Numbered from the whole stretch's first letter, positions 1-11,158 are shown. The stretch is DNA of 62,924 nucleotides, filler included, from Licmophora abbreviata (GCA_900291995.1; 13 parts of 13 records of this genome joined end to end with filler, not necessarily neighbours in it), one strand, 5' to 3'. Translations and numbers: made by a program. Notes: generated by a model not told the origin, from the sequence alone.

Positions 1-2432
1 GCGCTATAAGTGCACTCTGCTGCGCAGCGCCCGGCTTCCTCGGAAGTCCTCTGGATTGAGCCACCTGAAGTGCCCGAGTCACTCGACTGGCTTTTTTCGT
101 CTCGTGCTCTTTGAATCGCAATATCGACTGATACATCCATTCGTATCTCTGCAATTCCTCAATATCCTTCATCAGGAAAGAGTTTTGCTTGATAGTAAAT
201 TGACTCAGAGCGTAGTTATTCTTTGGCGTACTCAATCGTTCCAGAATTCGAAGCGCTTCATTCGAGGTCAGTGCCGAGTTGGGGGTACGCAAGACCGTTT
301 GCAGGCGTCGATGCGAGACGGATTTCAATTGGGAGTTGATTTGATCGGCGCGTCGACTCTCTTCGAAAGCACTGTGAAAACCAAAGAAGTGAAGCTCGAT
401 AGTGTCAGTTCGAGTGATGCATCCATACGTACTCAACACAGTAGTTCAGGTTTGCTTACAGTTGCTCGAGCTCTTGACGTTGCTGATACCACTGCTCTTG
501 ATCGCCCTCACGTGGCATTCTCTGTCCGTTCGCAGGATCGGAGGTCCTCGCATCACGCACGGTTCGTCTTGTGTCGACAGCACCCTCCGGCTCCCACGCA
601 GCAGCACCAGTAGCAAACTCGTTCATGCCAATATCTCCCTGGAGCCTGTTGGCAGTCTTTCTGATAGAGTTTACAGCGCCATTTGTAAAACTGGCTGCCT
701 TCGTCGGCGCGGCGTCGACTGGGTCATCCGTCATGAAGTCACTCGACTTGGCCGTATTGACCGGCACTTTGGCAGCTCCGACAGGTCTTCTTGTGATACT
801 CTGAGTAGTCGTGGGTGCAGCATCGATAGTCGGGGTCGTATCCATGGTGCTCTTCGAGAACCGCTTCACCTTTGCAGTCTCGCTTTTGGCATCTTTATTG
901 ATTTTCATAGTCGTCTTCTTTGGTGCGACGCTCGCAGCTCTTTCCGGATCACCAGCGCTGACCTCTCTGACCCCCATAGGACGCCTGGCAGCATTCTTCG
1001 TCTTGCCCTCAACTGATTTCATAGAAGGCTCATTAGCTCTTTCTGGATCACCAGCGCTGATCCCTCTGATCGGCGACTTAGCAGCATTCTTCGTTTCGCC
1101 CTGAACAGAATCCATAGAGGGCCTATTACTGGCTGTTGTCTTCTCACCGTCAGCTCTTCTTGCGATCGTCGTCCTTGCTGACCTCACAGAAGGCTCATTG
1201 GCTGTTGACTTCTCAGAGGGCTCTTTGTTTGTGGGTTTCTCACCGTCAGCAGTTCTCTTGATCGTCGGCATCTTCTTTCTGGCGGATTCAGCAACCTTCT
1301 GTGCCATCCTGACCGCTTTTTTCGTGACTTCAGCAGTTTTTCTGGATGAGTTTACAGCGCTCTCTGTGATGCTGGCAGCCGTCTCGGTCGCAACCTCCGC
1401 AGCTTTTCTGGTCGCATCGGTCGCCTTCTTCGTAGCATCTGCGGCCATAATGGTGGTATCCGCCGTCTTTCGAAGGAAGGGTACAATCGTGTTACGGAAT
1501 CCCCCCTCGACCATGCGCTCGACATTGTCGGTGAAGGCCTTTGCCTGCAAGGAGCGATCGTATCGCAGTCGCTCTTTCTGATCTCCCAATATTCTCCAGG
1601 CGGCGGCAATCTCACGAAACTCCCGTTCATTCTGGTCTTTGTTACTGCCGCCAACCTTGGTGTCGGGGTGTGTCTGTTTTGCCAACATTGCGTATTTCTT
1701 CTTGAGTTCTGCTCGAGAGTCTTCTGGAGAGGCGCCCAGAATTTCATATAGTGTTCGATCTGTCGAGAGTTGTACAGCTGAATCTTTTTTGTCGTTGTCT
1801 CTGCCAACGCCACGTCGAGGAGCGGCTGATGAATTTTCTTGGTCGTCTGTCTGAAGATCCTTGTACGACGTCTTCTTGCTTTGCGGTCGAGTAGCAGCCT
1901 TTGAGACTCGAGGTGCCATTTTCTCATTGCCAGCGCCCCGAACAGGAAATGCAGATGCATCATCTTCGTCTTCTTCATTGTACAACGTTTTCTTGCTCTG
2001 TCGCCGAGTAACCTTTGCGACGCTGGGTGAAAACTCCTCTTTGTCAGCGCCCCGGAGAGGAAGTGATGGGGAATCCCCATCGTCCTCTTTCTGAACATCT
2101 ATTACATCCTTGTACATCGTCTGTTTTTGTGGTCTAGTGACCTTGGCAAAGCTGGCTGAAAAGTCCTTTTCGTCTGTTTCTTTATCATCGTCATCGTCGT
2201 ACGCGTTGTTCTGTCGTTGGGTATCCTTGGTGATGCCGGACGGCGGCAACACTACTACGGTATTAGACTCTTCCTCTAGTGGCGATGACGGTGATTCGAT
2301 GGACGCAGCCCACGACGCGACACTTCTTCTTGATCGTTGCGATCTCGAACGAGGAGCCGGGTTCAGAAGTCCATTGGCGCTCTCTACGAGCAAGGCGAGA
2401 ATTGTCAAAGCAGTCGCTGGAAGACGTCGCAT
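1..2432 (-). CDS. J-domain (DnaJ) protein with signal peptide and internal repeats; 3' end runs off the window
   Basis: J-domain TLYEILG...KQTHPD...FREIAAAWRILGDQKERLRYD. N-terminal signal peptide (ANG|LL). The ORF-track stop at 456 lies inside a GTAAG donor; splicing intron 372-459 gives an open frame (LAFEESRRADQINSQL...) to the window edge. Confidence 0.8.
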
Positions 2433-3002
2433 TCTCTGTGTTTGTTGTTTGGATTTGTGACAAGAAAAATGCGCGCCAAACTGTCTTCCGAGGAGTTTGA
2501 TTCTTCCAATTTACTTCCGACGGCTCGATTCACTACTTTCCGTCTTCGGAACAGACTTCTGCCGACGATGGAACGAACAAACGTCTCTGGAGAGAAGCTC
2601 TTCCTCGCTGCCAGCCATTCCCGATGAACTTATTTTCGAGCGAATTTCCACGCGCCATGTCGCAGCGGGTTGACCCCCGTCGCGTCAGAACAGAGCCACA
2701 TCAGCGCGTGTTGAAGCTTTTCAAATCTGAGAAGTTCGATCTTCAATTTTCTTTGCAAACTTAACCAAAACTTCACTCGGGACGATGGAGAGTGACGACG
2801 TGTTGCAGTTGGCATGTGTGTCTGTTTGTCCGCTGCAGGAAGAATGGGAATGCCCAGCCTGATATTGTTTGTCTGTGTGGTACAACATCGCGGTGCAAAC
2901 CAATGACGACAAGACACTCACACGCACATCACACAGCAATCCATCTCGTCGCTTCAACACAGTCTCGTCCTGTCGCCACTCTCGTTGCTTTTTGTGTCCC
3001 AC

Positions 3003-4134
3003 ATGAAAGCGCTGTCACCCCTTGTTAGAACTCTTGCGGCAGCTTCAGTCGCGACCACCTTTTTCTCGACGAACGCAGCTCTTCCTTTTTCCAGCGATAG
3101 CATCATGTGGTTTCGACAGGTGCGGCCGCTGCATGTCTTTCTTGCTTTGCCTGAGCCCTTATCATTGGTGCTTGTTGATGGAGTTTGCGCTTACCTTCCG
3201 TCTCGTGTACGCCTCATCAGTATCAATCCGCAGGGGATATCCCCGACCGCGCGTTTCGTGAGCACCGAGTCATTCGCGGCCGCGTCGTCAAGATCATTGA
3301 CGGCGACACCGTTCGCGTCAGGTGAGACAAGACAAACTACGGTTTTCATTGCTGTATTATACCCGGTATGTTTCGTGCTCATGACATTGATGCATGTGTA
3401 TTCAGGCACTATCCGTTCTACCCCTTGGCGTGGCGCAGTCGGTACGACGGTCTCTTGTCGGAGAATACTATAAGCGTGCGACTGTACGCAGTCGATTGTC
3501 CCGAGACTGGTGAGTAATGCAAGATCTACCCAGTAGTGAATGTGTGTCCGTGCCATACTCACCGGCTTGCTTGATTCCTGTTTTCTCCGTCGTCCCGTCC
3601 GATACTCTACGATATCGACGCATACACAGCAAAGTTTGGCAACCCCGCCATGCCCCTTGCAGACGAGGCCACGGACTTTACTCGCAAGCTCATCGATCAA
3701 AAGGTCGTACGGGTAAAACTTCTCAGCCGTGATCAGTACAGTCGTGTCGTGGGCAAGGTTCAGGTTCGAGGTTTCCTGCCCTTTACCAAGGTGGACGCAA
3801 CGCTAAGTCTCGCGAAACGGGGATATGCGACACTCTACACGGGAGGAGGTGCCCAGTACGATGTGAGTCTAGAATGTTGTGTGAAAACTGATCCTCTCGA
3901 CCGTGGAAGATCTCTCTCACTCAACAAGATTTTCATCTTGGTTGCCCACCTCGTCGTATCTTTCATTCCTCACAGGACAAGAAGGATCTCATTGAAAAGA
4001 ATATTGAACTTGCCAAGCGGAAGAAACGAGGCATCTGGAAGAACGGATCCAACTTTGAGACACCTGCCGACTACAAGCGTAAGATCAAGCAAGGAAAAGC
4101 CCGGTCTGTGGGAGACAAGGCCCGGGTGTACTAG
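3003..4134 (+). CDS. Staphylococcal nuclease (SNase) family endonuclease, LCL3-like, multi-exon
   Basis: Spliced exons give GRVVKIIDGDTVRV, VRLYAVDCPE, RDQYSRVVG, LAKRGYA and AKRKKRGIW...ETPADYKR. Four probable GT-AG introns; stop TAG at 4132-4134. Confidence 0.85.
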
Positions 4135-4407
4135 AGTTGCCAGTCGGTTCCTGTGTGGACCGCACACGGCTTGGAGTGGTAGATGGTGGGCTCAAGCTCT
4201 ACGATAGTCCTTTTGTAGATATTCGATTTCGCGAATACTATTGCAAATATAGGCAGCGTATCCCTGCTGCGGCATAGGCAAATACAGCTCAGACTGATAG
4301 CTCGACTTTTCTCAACACCTACCGGTACCACTGGTAAAACTCTCTCTGGTGGCCGATGGACCGGTGCCATCTACGATTTTAATCAGGAGTCTAGGCTCGG
4401 GCTGGTT

Positions 4408-4872
4408 GTGGAAGCGTGTCGAGACCTGATTCCTGGAGAGCAAATATACACAGACTACAAGGACTATGGACAGATTGGAACTCCGGAACTCCTTCGAGAT
4501 AATGGATTTGTCGAGTCGTTTCCGCAACGATGGATCTTTGCGGACAAGAGCGTTGCGTTTAACTTGAAGCGGCGAGATGACCATGCCCTCGTTGTCCATT
4601 GGCTCTACGAATTGCGGAAGACGAGGTATTGCAACGCTGGGAACGATATCAAGTCCCTTGAGAAGCAGTTCGCAAGGCTGAACCTTGTATGTCCCACGTT
4701 GGAGCGGAACAAAGAGGTGCCTGAACAGGAGCTGGCCGCAATATCGAGCTTCTGCAAAAACATGCGGAGAGCATTGACTGCTACGATCCAAGCGCGACCC
4801 AGGGCACTCGTCAAGAGTAGAAGGGAAAGCAGTAGATCGTCAGGGGTTATTTCGAGTAAAATCAAATTTTGA
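4408..4872 (+). pseudogene. SET-domain C-terminal fragment, probable relic
   Basis: ACRDLIPGEQIYTDY...GTPELLRDNGFVE resembles the SET C-terminal motif of Rubisco-LSMT/SETD-type proteins. There is no in-frame ATG upstream, no NH motif, and an in-frame TAG at about 4298. Confidence 0.45.
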
Positions 4873-5106
4873 TAACTTGAATATATCTAGAGAGTACAGC
4901 CTTGGACGTCCAACAGGCACTATGCGTGAAGCATCTCGATTGCACGTATTCAATTACAAGGATAATAAGCATAGACAAAGAAAAATTAAAGTACGGCGGC
5001 AATCCACACTCTCAACATAGGTTCACTTAGGTGTGTGGATGTCGCAATTTTGAAGGTATCCCGCAACGACTGAATGAAGAAAAAAACACTTATGATCGTA
5101 CGACTC

Positions 5107-6840
5107 TCATGAATTGCGATCGACCTGTGATAACATAGCTCCCAAAGTAATTGCGAAAGCGATAGGTACGATGACACGGCACACTTGATCGATGCGGAGG
5201 GAGACCTTCTTCCAACGTTTGTTGTTTCGTACTTCGGTCATATCATTGAAGTCTTCCGCACCACGTGTCACGTTGATGACCGACGCGCCCTTCAGAAGTT
5301 GACGGTTGTTGTCAAACGAAGTCTCTTGGCTTTCGAGTGAATGATTCCCCTCCTTCTTGAACCTGACAGCTGGTTGCGTCCCTCTTTCGACAGCAACTGC
5401 ACCATCAACGTCAACATCATTTTCCATTTCGTACTCAGGAGAGGTGCTGCAGTCTACAGGAGTATTATCGCCACTCCCTTCTGATTCTTTCGCGCTGAAT
5501 GTTTCCGCCGCGCGGCCTTGTATCCTTCTCCACCATCCAGGCACCAAATCGTTCCCAGTGTAGTAGAAAAAGAAAATGACGGCGGCAGACTCAAACAGCG
5601 CAAACGCCCCATATGCCAGTGACATGAGTGAAAATCTTTGAAACCATGTCATTTCGGAGGTAGCGGGGAGGTTGGCGGCTACCACTAGCTCGGATGCGAC
5701 GGCAGCAAGCAATGCTGTGATAGCCAAACTCATTCGCTCTCCGCACGCCACGGGAAGCCAGAAGGCCGCAAAGCCAGCGCAGTTCAGCATGACCTGCAAG
5801 AATATATATCCCCGTGCGTAGGGCTGCCACGATCTGTGGAATCGAATGTCGTACAACAGAACAGGCCAGTCCTCTTCTGGTGCCCCTGGGAAAGGCGGGT
5901 AGATCTTCTCTCTCACTCCGACCGACTCCTCGTCGTCCGAAAGCTGGTACTCGGTAAATGATTCTCCAGCAGTCTCCGACCCTCCAACCGTGAATCCAAC
6001 CCCATTCATGGGGGTAGGCCGCAAGTAGAGGCCACTGAAAGACCAGGATCCTATTTCCATGGTACAGAGAAGATTATCGAAAGGGAAGGAGTCCAGACCT
6101 CCAAACTTGCAGGCTGCTCTCAAGTGTCCGGGCCTGGACCAAAAGACCGCGCCTGTGCTATCCACAGTGGCATATGTGTCGGTCAGCGTTCGAGTCAAGC
6201 TCGACTCCATGTTCCACAGCTCTAGGTCAGGAGTCCAAATTTCGGACATCTCCCCTGCACTCCCAAGACCGTCGCCGACCCAGAACCATGCGTTCGTAAT
6301 GCCGCCGTACTCTTCTGGGTCCCAACTGAGACGGGGATCAGTCCATCGTAATCGAAACCACACAATCAAGTCAGTAACAGAGCTAACGATGTCCACAGAG
6401 AAGACCCGGTGGAAGTTGATTCCCACCTCAATGCCGAGTCCCTCCCGCGTTCCAGTCTGGTCGGTTTCATTCCAGCCGCTCTGAGTCCAGGCATATTTCC
6501 ATGGGTACACTCCACGGTCATAATTCAGCAATAGGTCGCTTCGGAGCTTCTGTCCCTCCTGGATTTCGATCCCAACATTGTTTTGGAGGCGTCGATTCAT
6601 GCCAGCGAGAGGGTTCAGTCCTACCGGCAGCTCGTATGACGAGGCAAGGACAGCAGGGTGCTGCGCTGCGTGATATTGCTGTTGTGCAATTTTCGGCGGC
6701 GGGCGAGCCTCAGCGGATGAAAACGAAGCATGCACGATAGCAATCGCGAAGTACACGAAGGTGGGGATCACCATTGTTGTGCTGAACGGAGAAGCGGAAA
6801 TAGTGAAGAGTTGTGGCTGCCACGGCGCCCGCTCTCTCAT
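5107..6840 (-). CDS. Pentameric ligand-gated ion channel (Cys-loop, nAChR/5-HT3-like)
   Basis: WTDPRLSW, WTPD (loop A), Cys-loop CKFGGLDSFPFDNLLC, GSW (loop B), M2 GERMSLAITALLA and an M4 segment preceded by W..VSLRID. Signal peptide probably starts at the Met at 6774. Intronless. Confidence 0.93.
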   Translation of the reverse strand: MRERAPWQPQLFTISASPFSTTMVIPTFVYFAIAIVHASFSSAEARPPPKIAQQQYHAAQHPAVLASSYELPVGLNPLAGMNRRLQNNVGIEIQEGQKLRSDLLLNYDRGVYPWKYAWTQSGWNETDQTGTREGLGIEVGINFHRVFSVDIVSSVTDLIVWFRLRWTDPRLSWDPEEYGGITNAWFWVGDGLGSAGEMSEIWTPDLELWNMESSLTRTLTDTYATVDSTGAVFWSRPGHLRAACKFGGLDSFPFDNLLCTMEIGSWSFSGLYLRPTPMNGVGFTVGGSETAGESFTEYQLSDDEESVGVREKIYPPFPGAPEEDWPVLLYDIRFHRSWQPYARGYIFLQVMLNCAGFAAFWLPVACGERMSLAITALLAAVASELVVAANLPATSEMTWFQRFSLMSLAYGAFALFESAAVIFFFYYTGNDLVPGWWRRIQGRAAETFSAKESEGSGDNTPVDCSTSPEYEMENDVDVDGAVAVERGTQPAVRFKKEGNHSLESQETSFDNNRQLLKGASVINVTRGAEDFNDMTEVRNNKRWKKVSLRIDQVCRVIVPIAFAITLGAMLSQVDRNS

Positions 6841-6947
6841 TCGTTGTGTATGATAGTCACCTTTTCCTGTGCTTCCGTGTTGGCAAAGGACGCGCGGCTC
6901 ATCGATTAATAGAGCGGCGATGAGATTTGGATTATGTAGAAGGTTAT

Positions 6948-7047
6948 NNNNNNNNNNNNNNNNNNNNNNNNNNNNNNNNNNNNNNNNNNNNTTAATTAAT
7001 TAANNNNNNNNNNNNNNNNNNNNNNNNNNNNNNNNNNNNNNNNNNNN
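6948..7047. other. Artificial scaffold linker N44-TTAATTAATTAA-N44, first of twelve (others start at 12354, 16594, 21486, 23554, 24771, 27165, 45093, 46479, 49396, 54314, 59795)
   Basis: Identical 100-nt blocks whose central 12-mer places stop codons in all six frames. Confidence 0.99.
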
Positions 7048-7776
7048 GACAATATCGAATCTCTGAGGGGCCAACGTCCCATCTCCCCACGAGTACTTCT
7101 GCACTTGAATTGGCGCGCATGATACCGCTTCCCCTTGCTGCGCTCTCATTTTTAAAGTCGTACAAGCCCGCGCGACATTGTCCTGGGCCAGTCTCACCAC
7201 GGGCACGCACCCATCCGTACAAACGACGTGTTTCGCTCCCAGCAACGCCGCCGCCAGACTGGTCACACCTGTCCCCGCTCCCAAGTCGACCACTGATTTA
7301 TTCCGCAGCAGTACGTGAGATGTACAGCTCTTGTCAATAGAACACTGCTTTTGTTGTTGGTGCTCGAGATACTTGGTCAAGACCATACTTGCCGGCCACA
7401 CCGTCGCACCGGTTCCAAAAGTCCCTTCGACTTCTCCTCGCTGGACTTGTTGCATTGTAAATTCGATTTGTTGGTTCGTCTTGATGGCATTTTCATCCTG
7501 ATTCCTTATTCTTCGTTCAGAAACGTCTCTCGGCACCCGCAGTGTCACTGGATACTCGATCGCTTGTGCATAGCGATTCCTCCACCCCAAAGTCTGGGTC
7601 TGTTTGCGAATGCGCATGGAGCATTGTCTTGTTTCATGTTTACGACTCTTCGACTCGGCAGTCGTTTCCCTTTGCTGTGCATCGAGAGCTTCGAATAAGG
7701 CTCGCGCAGTCGGATGTGCTCTTGACGGCAGCGGCGTCGAAGAGCCGGCAGTCGGTGGCGTTGTCGTCGTCGTCAT
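7048..7776 (-). CDS. Protein lysine methyltransferase, METTL21/Methyltransf_16 family; 3' end lost in gap
   Basis: GTGATVWPASMVL, VVDLGAGTG (motif I), VVCTD, YSWGD and FDIV. Confidence 0.88.
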
Positions 7777-8135
7777 GGTTAAATGAAATTTGAAATTTAC
7801 AACCTTTGCGGAATTTGGAGTGGATCGACTGATTCATTCGATTCAAAAAGTCCGTCGATGGTCGAGCTTTCTGAGATGAAGACCTCGTGTAAGAGAAGTA
7901 GGACTCGTTGGACTCAATTCTGAATCCCGCCGCGCGAGCTCAAAGATCTTTGTTTCTTAGCACGTAGCGTTCTACGCGTAAAGCAGTACTGATGGTGGCT
8001 ACAAATGAAGAACGAGAACTCGCTTTCGTCGTGACACAGCGAGACCACATCAAAGCGCGCAGTGATCTTCCTTGTTGTTGTTGGTGCTGTGGTGCATTCA
8101 TTTTTCGTTCTCTTTGCTGCTGCTCCATCCGTCTG

Positions 8136-9344
8136 ATGTGTATTCCGTGCTTCTTCACCATTTCGACGGCAGAGGTGGGAGTCGTCGAGCGATTCGGAAA
8201 GTTTAGCCGCCTCGCAAGCCCAGGACTGTCTTGTGTGCTGTAAGTCATGTCTCTAGTCGATCGTGTTGGGTCGTGCCACCCTGCCGGGATTTTGGTTCCT
8301 TGACTCTGACAACGCCTACACTACTGGTGCTCCGTTCTATACTGCGTTGTACTCGTATTGCAGTTGCCCCTGTGAACAGCTGGTGGGACGTCTCAGTTTT
8401 CGGGTTCAGCAACTTGACGTTCGCGTCGAGACCAAGACACTCGACAATGTCTTCTTGACAGCCGTCGTCAGTGTCCAGTATCAGATTCTTCGCGACAAGG
8501 TCTACGACGGTAAGGTCTTAGGCTGACTGGGGCATCTGAGTCGTACTATATAGCGCTGGCGAATCTGTGTGTTTCTTCTTTACTCATTACAAAACTTCTA
8601 CCCCTCTCTCTCTTGATAATAAAGCCTTCTACGCGCTCACGAATCCGCAACAACAAATCACAGCCCATGTCTATGATGTCATGCGCTCCCAATTACCGAC
8701 TCTAGAGCTTGATGCGGTCTTTGAAGCCAAGGAAGAACTGGCACTGGCCGTCAAGAATGCTCTTTCTGAAACCATGACTGGATAGTAAGTGTTTTTGCTC
8801 TAGGGGAGCGTGTATGGTGGTAGACTGTCGTCGTTCTTTCTTCTTCTTTGCCCGTACAAGGAGACCCACGCTTGCTCTTCTTCTTGTCGTCTGTCTACAT
8901 CTCTTCAGCGGATATCAGATCCTACAGACGCTCATTACAGATCTTGACCCCGACCAGCGGGTCAAGAACGCCATGAATGAAATCAATAGTAGCAAGCGCT
9001 TGAAGTTTGCAGTCGCCGAGCGAGCGGAAGGAGACAAGATTCTACAAGTCAAGAGTGCAGAAGCGGAGGCGGAAGCCAAGTATCTGAGTGGTGTCGGAGT
9101 GGCGAAACAGCGCAAGGCAATTGTCGAGGGACTCAAGAGCTCCATCCTGGACTTTAGCACCGAAGTGCAGGGCTCCTCTACCAAGGAAGTCATGGACTTG
9201 CTCTTGCTCACACAGTATTTCGACATGGTTCGTGATGTGGGACAGGCGAATCATTGCAAGACAACATTCGTGCCGTCCAGTCGCACTTCCGGAGACGATG
9301 TGCGCAATTCCTTGTTGCAGGCCAACATGGCCAAGCTGGCGTAG
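8136..9344 (+). CDS. SPFH/band-7 protein, HIR (hypersensitive-induced reaction)-like
   Basis: VGVVERFGKF, LDVRVETKTLDNVF, ITDLDPD, AMNEIN, EAEAKYLSGVGVA and LLTQYFD. Introns 8240-8363, 8510-8624 and 8785-8908 restore one frame. Confidence 0.93.
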
Positions 9345-9694
9345 GACAAAGAATTATGGCAACTCTAAAACCTACCGACATACTATACAGGAGAGGGAAA
9401 GAAAGTGTATGTACGAGGCTGTGAATGTACCTACTTTTGCATGTAGTTGAATGGTCTAGTCTGCTGTTGTGATGAGAGCTGTACTGTATTATGGTATAGC
9501 TTGTTGCTCGTAATGATGACAATGAGAGGACCGCGGTATATTGAATATCGCGTCGCGATGTGTGATGTGACCGCGCGCACCGCGGCGCCAACCCATAGGA
9601 AACTGAAAGACAAAGGACGCGGACGCTATATTCAATATACACATCATGATGTCCACCAGCACCGATCGCTTGTGTCTGGAGAGCTGACAGAAGG

Positions 9695-11095
9695 ATGAGC
9701 AAGGCTTTGGTTGTCTGTGTAGTACTAGCTTTGGGTATCATTGGGATCAGGAGTGTTGTTGGGTACGAGCCGCACATGAGAGCCAAAATTGCATCGAGCA
9801 TCGCCAAGGGTGAACGACGTGCACAGGAACGCCGAGCAGTGGGGCGGGAGCTTTGCAACCGATGCCGCCGTCCGCCTGTTCAGTGCGTGTGCGACTCTCT
9901 TCCACTAGAACCGATTCCTACTGCCACTGACGTCCTGGTTCTACAACATCCTAACGAGTTTCGGAAGAAATCAGTATCGACTGTGCCACTGCTGTCGCTT
10001 GTTCTACAGAACGTCTGCGTGCTTGTCGGCGAATCCTTCGGTACCGGTTCCGGGCCAGTACGAGATGCCCTTTCAGAAGGCCACAGACTACTACTGCTAT
10101 TTCCGGGAGAAGATGCGATTGATCTGGACTCGCCCTCGTGGAAAGGATTCAACACTGATGCTTTCGATGCGCGTCATCCTCAGTCAAAGACGGTCGATGT
10201 CGATGAGTGCAAGAACACCTTGATTCTGATCGATGGCACGTGGACCCAAGCTGCACGAATGATACGAAACTCGCCCACCTTGCTGCAATGTAGTCAGCCC
10301 GTTCAGTTCACATCCGATTCGGTCTCTATCTATAACGCCATACGCAGAGAGCCCAAGGGGCACTGTCTCTCGACACTCGAAGCATGCGCCCAGGCGCTCT
10401 CCCTCCTTGAACCTGATAGTGACAATGTCAATGTCGCCACTGAGCACCTTCATGCAGCGCTTCAAAGCTTGGTGAAGACACAACTACTGTACAACAACGC
10501 TAGCTCAGCCTCGGATCCTCGCTTTGTCGGTAGGACTCAGAAAACTATGATAAAGAGACGACGAAGTTTGGAACTTGAGACAGATCTGTTTGGTCCTCTT
10601 TCGGAGGATGAGAGTTGCTCAGAGTACAATCATACGGACATTACGAATCCTCCTGTCAGAAAGGAACTACGAGAAGGTGTAGTTCTGCGCTCACTAGAAA
10701 CATCAGATGTACCATTTGTGGATTCGCGATGGCCGTACCGATCCGCAAAGTCCTTCGCGATGATTCATCGCCAAATAAGTGCAGATGGTGGCTCCTGCCT
10801 TGGCATTGATCACAATGGAAAGCTGTGCGCGTTCATTCTTCGCTACCAGAATGGTGCCCTTGGCATGTTGCACGTTGAGGAGGCGTGTCGACGGCGCGGT
10901 TATGGCGCAGCACTGTTGTCGGAAGCAACAAGGCTCCTCGAACTACGTGGTGACACACTATTCGCGTTCATTGTCGATGGCAACAGTGCCTCGGAAGCGC
11001 TCTTTGCAAAACAAGGGTGGGTAAAGGCGGATCCCAACGTCCAAAGGGGAACCGGGAGAAGAAGAGCTAAAAGAAAGTGGGTCAAACCAAGTTGA
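9695..11095 (+). CDS. DTW-domain tRNA aminocarboxypropyltransferase (TapT/DTWD2-like) fused to a C-terminal GNAT (FR47-like) domain
   Basis: CxxC..CxC, LQHPNE, LLFPG, IDGTW and LSTLEA (DTW), followed by LGMLHVEEACRRRGYG and NSASEALFAKQGW (GNAT). N-terminal signal peptide. Intronless. Confidence 0.9.
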   Translation: MSKALVVCVVLALGIIGIRSVVGYEPHMRAKIASSIAKGERRAQERRAVGRELCNRCRRPPVQCVCDSLPLEPIPTATDVLVLQHPNEFRKKSVSTVPLLSLVLQNVCVLVGESFGTGSGPVRDALSEGHRLLLLFPGEDAIDLDSPSWKGFNTDAFDARHPQSKTVDVDECKNTLILIDGTWTQAARMIRNSPTLLQCSQPVQFTSDSVSIYNAIRREPKGHCLSTLEACAQALSLLEPDSDNVNVATEHLHAALQSLVKTQLLYNNASSASDPRFVGRTQKTMIKRRRSLELETDLFGPLSEDESCSEYNHTDITNPPVRKELREGVVLRSLETSDVPFVDSRWPYRSAKSFAMIHRQISADGGSCLGIDHNGKLCAFILRYQNGALGMLHVEEACRRRGYGAALLSEATRLLELRGDTLFAFIVDGNSASEALFAKQGWVKADPNVQRGTGRRRAKRKWVKPS

Positions 11096-11158
11096 AAGTG
11101 CGAAACGTCGTGTCGACAGACTTCTTCGCTGATTGTTAGATACTATTTTACACGATTA

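Noticed and set aside
56..1016. Long antisense or shadow ORFs (56-613, 402-1016, 17894-18511, 59182-59772 and many others)
   Set aside because: They overlap well-supported genes in other frames and have no recognisable motifs.
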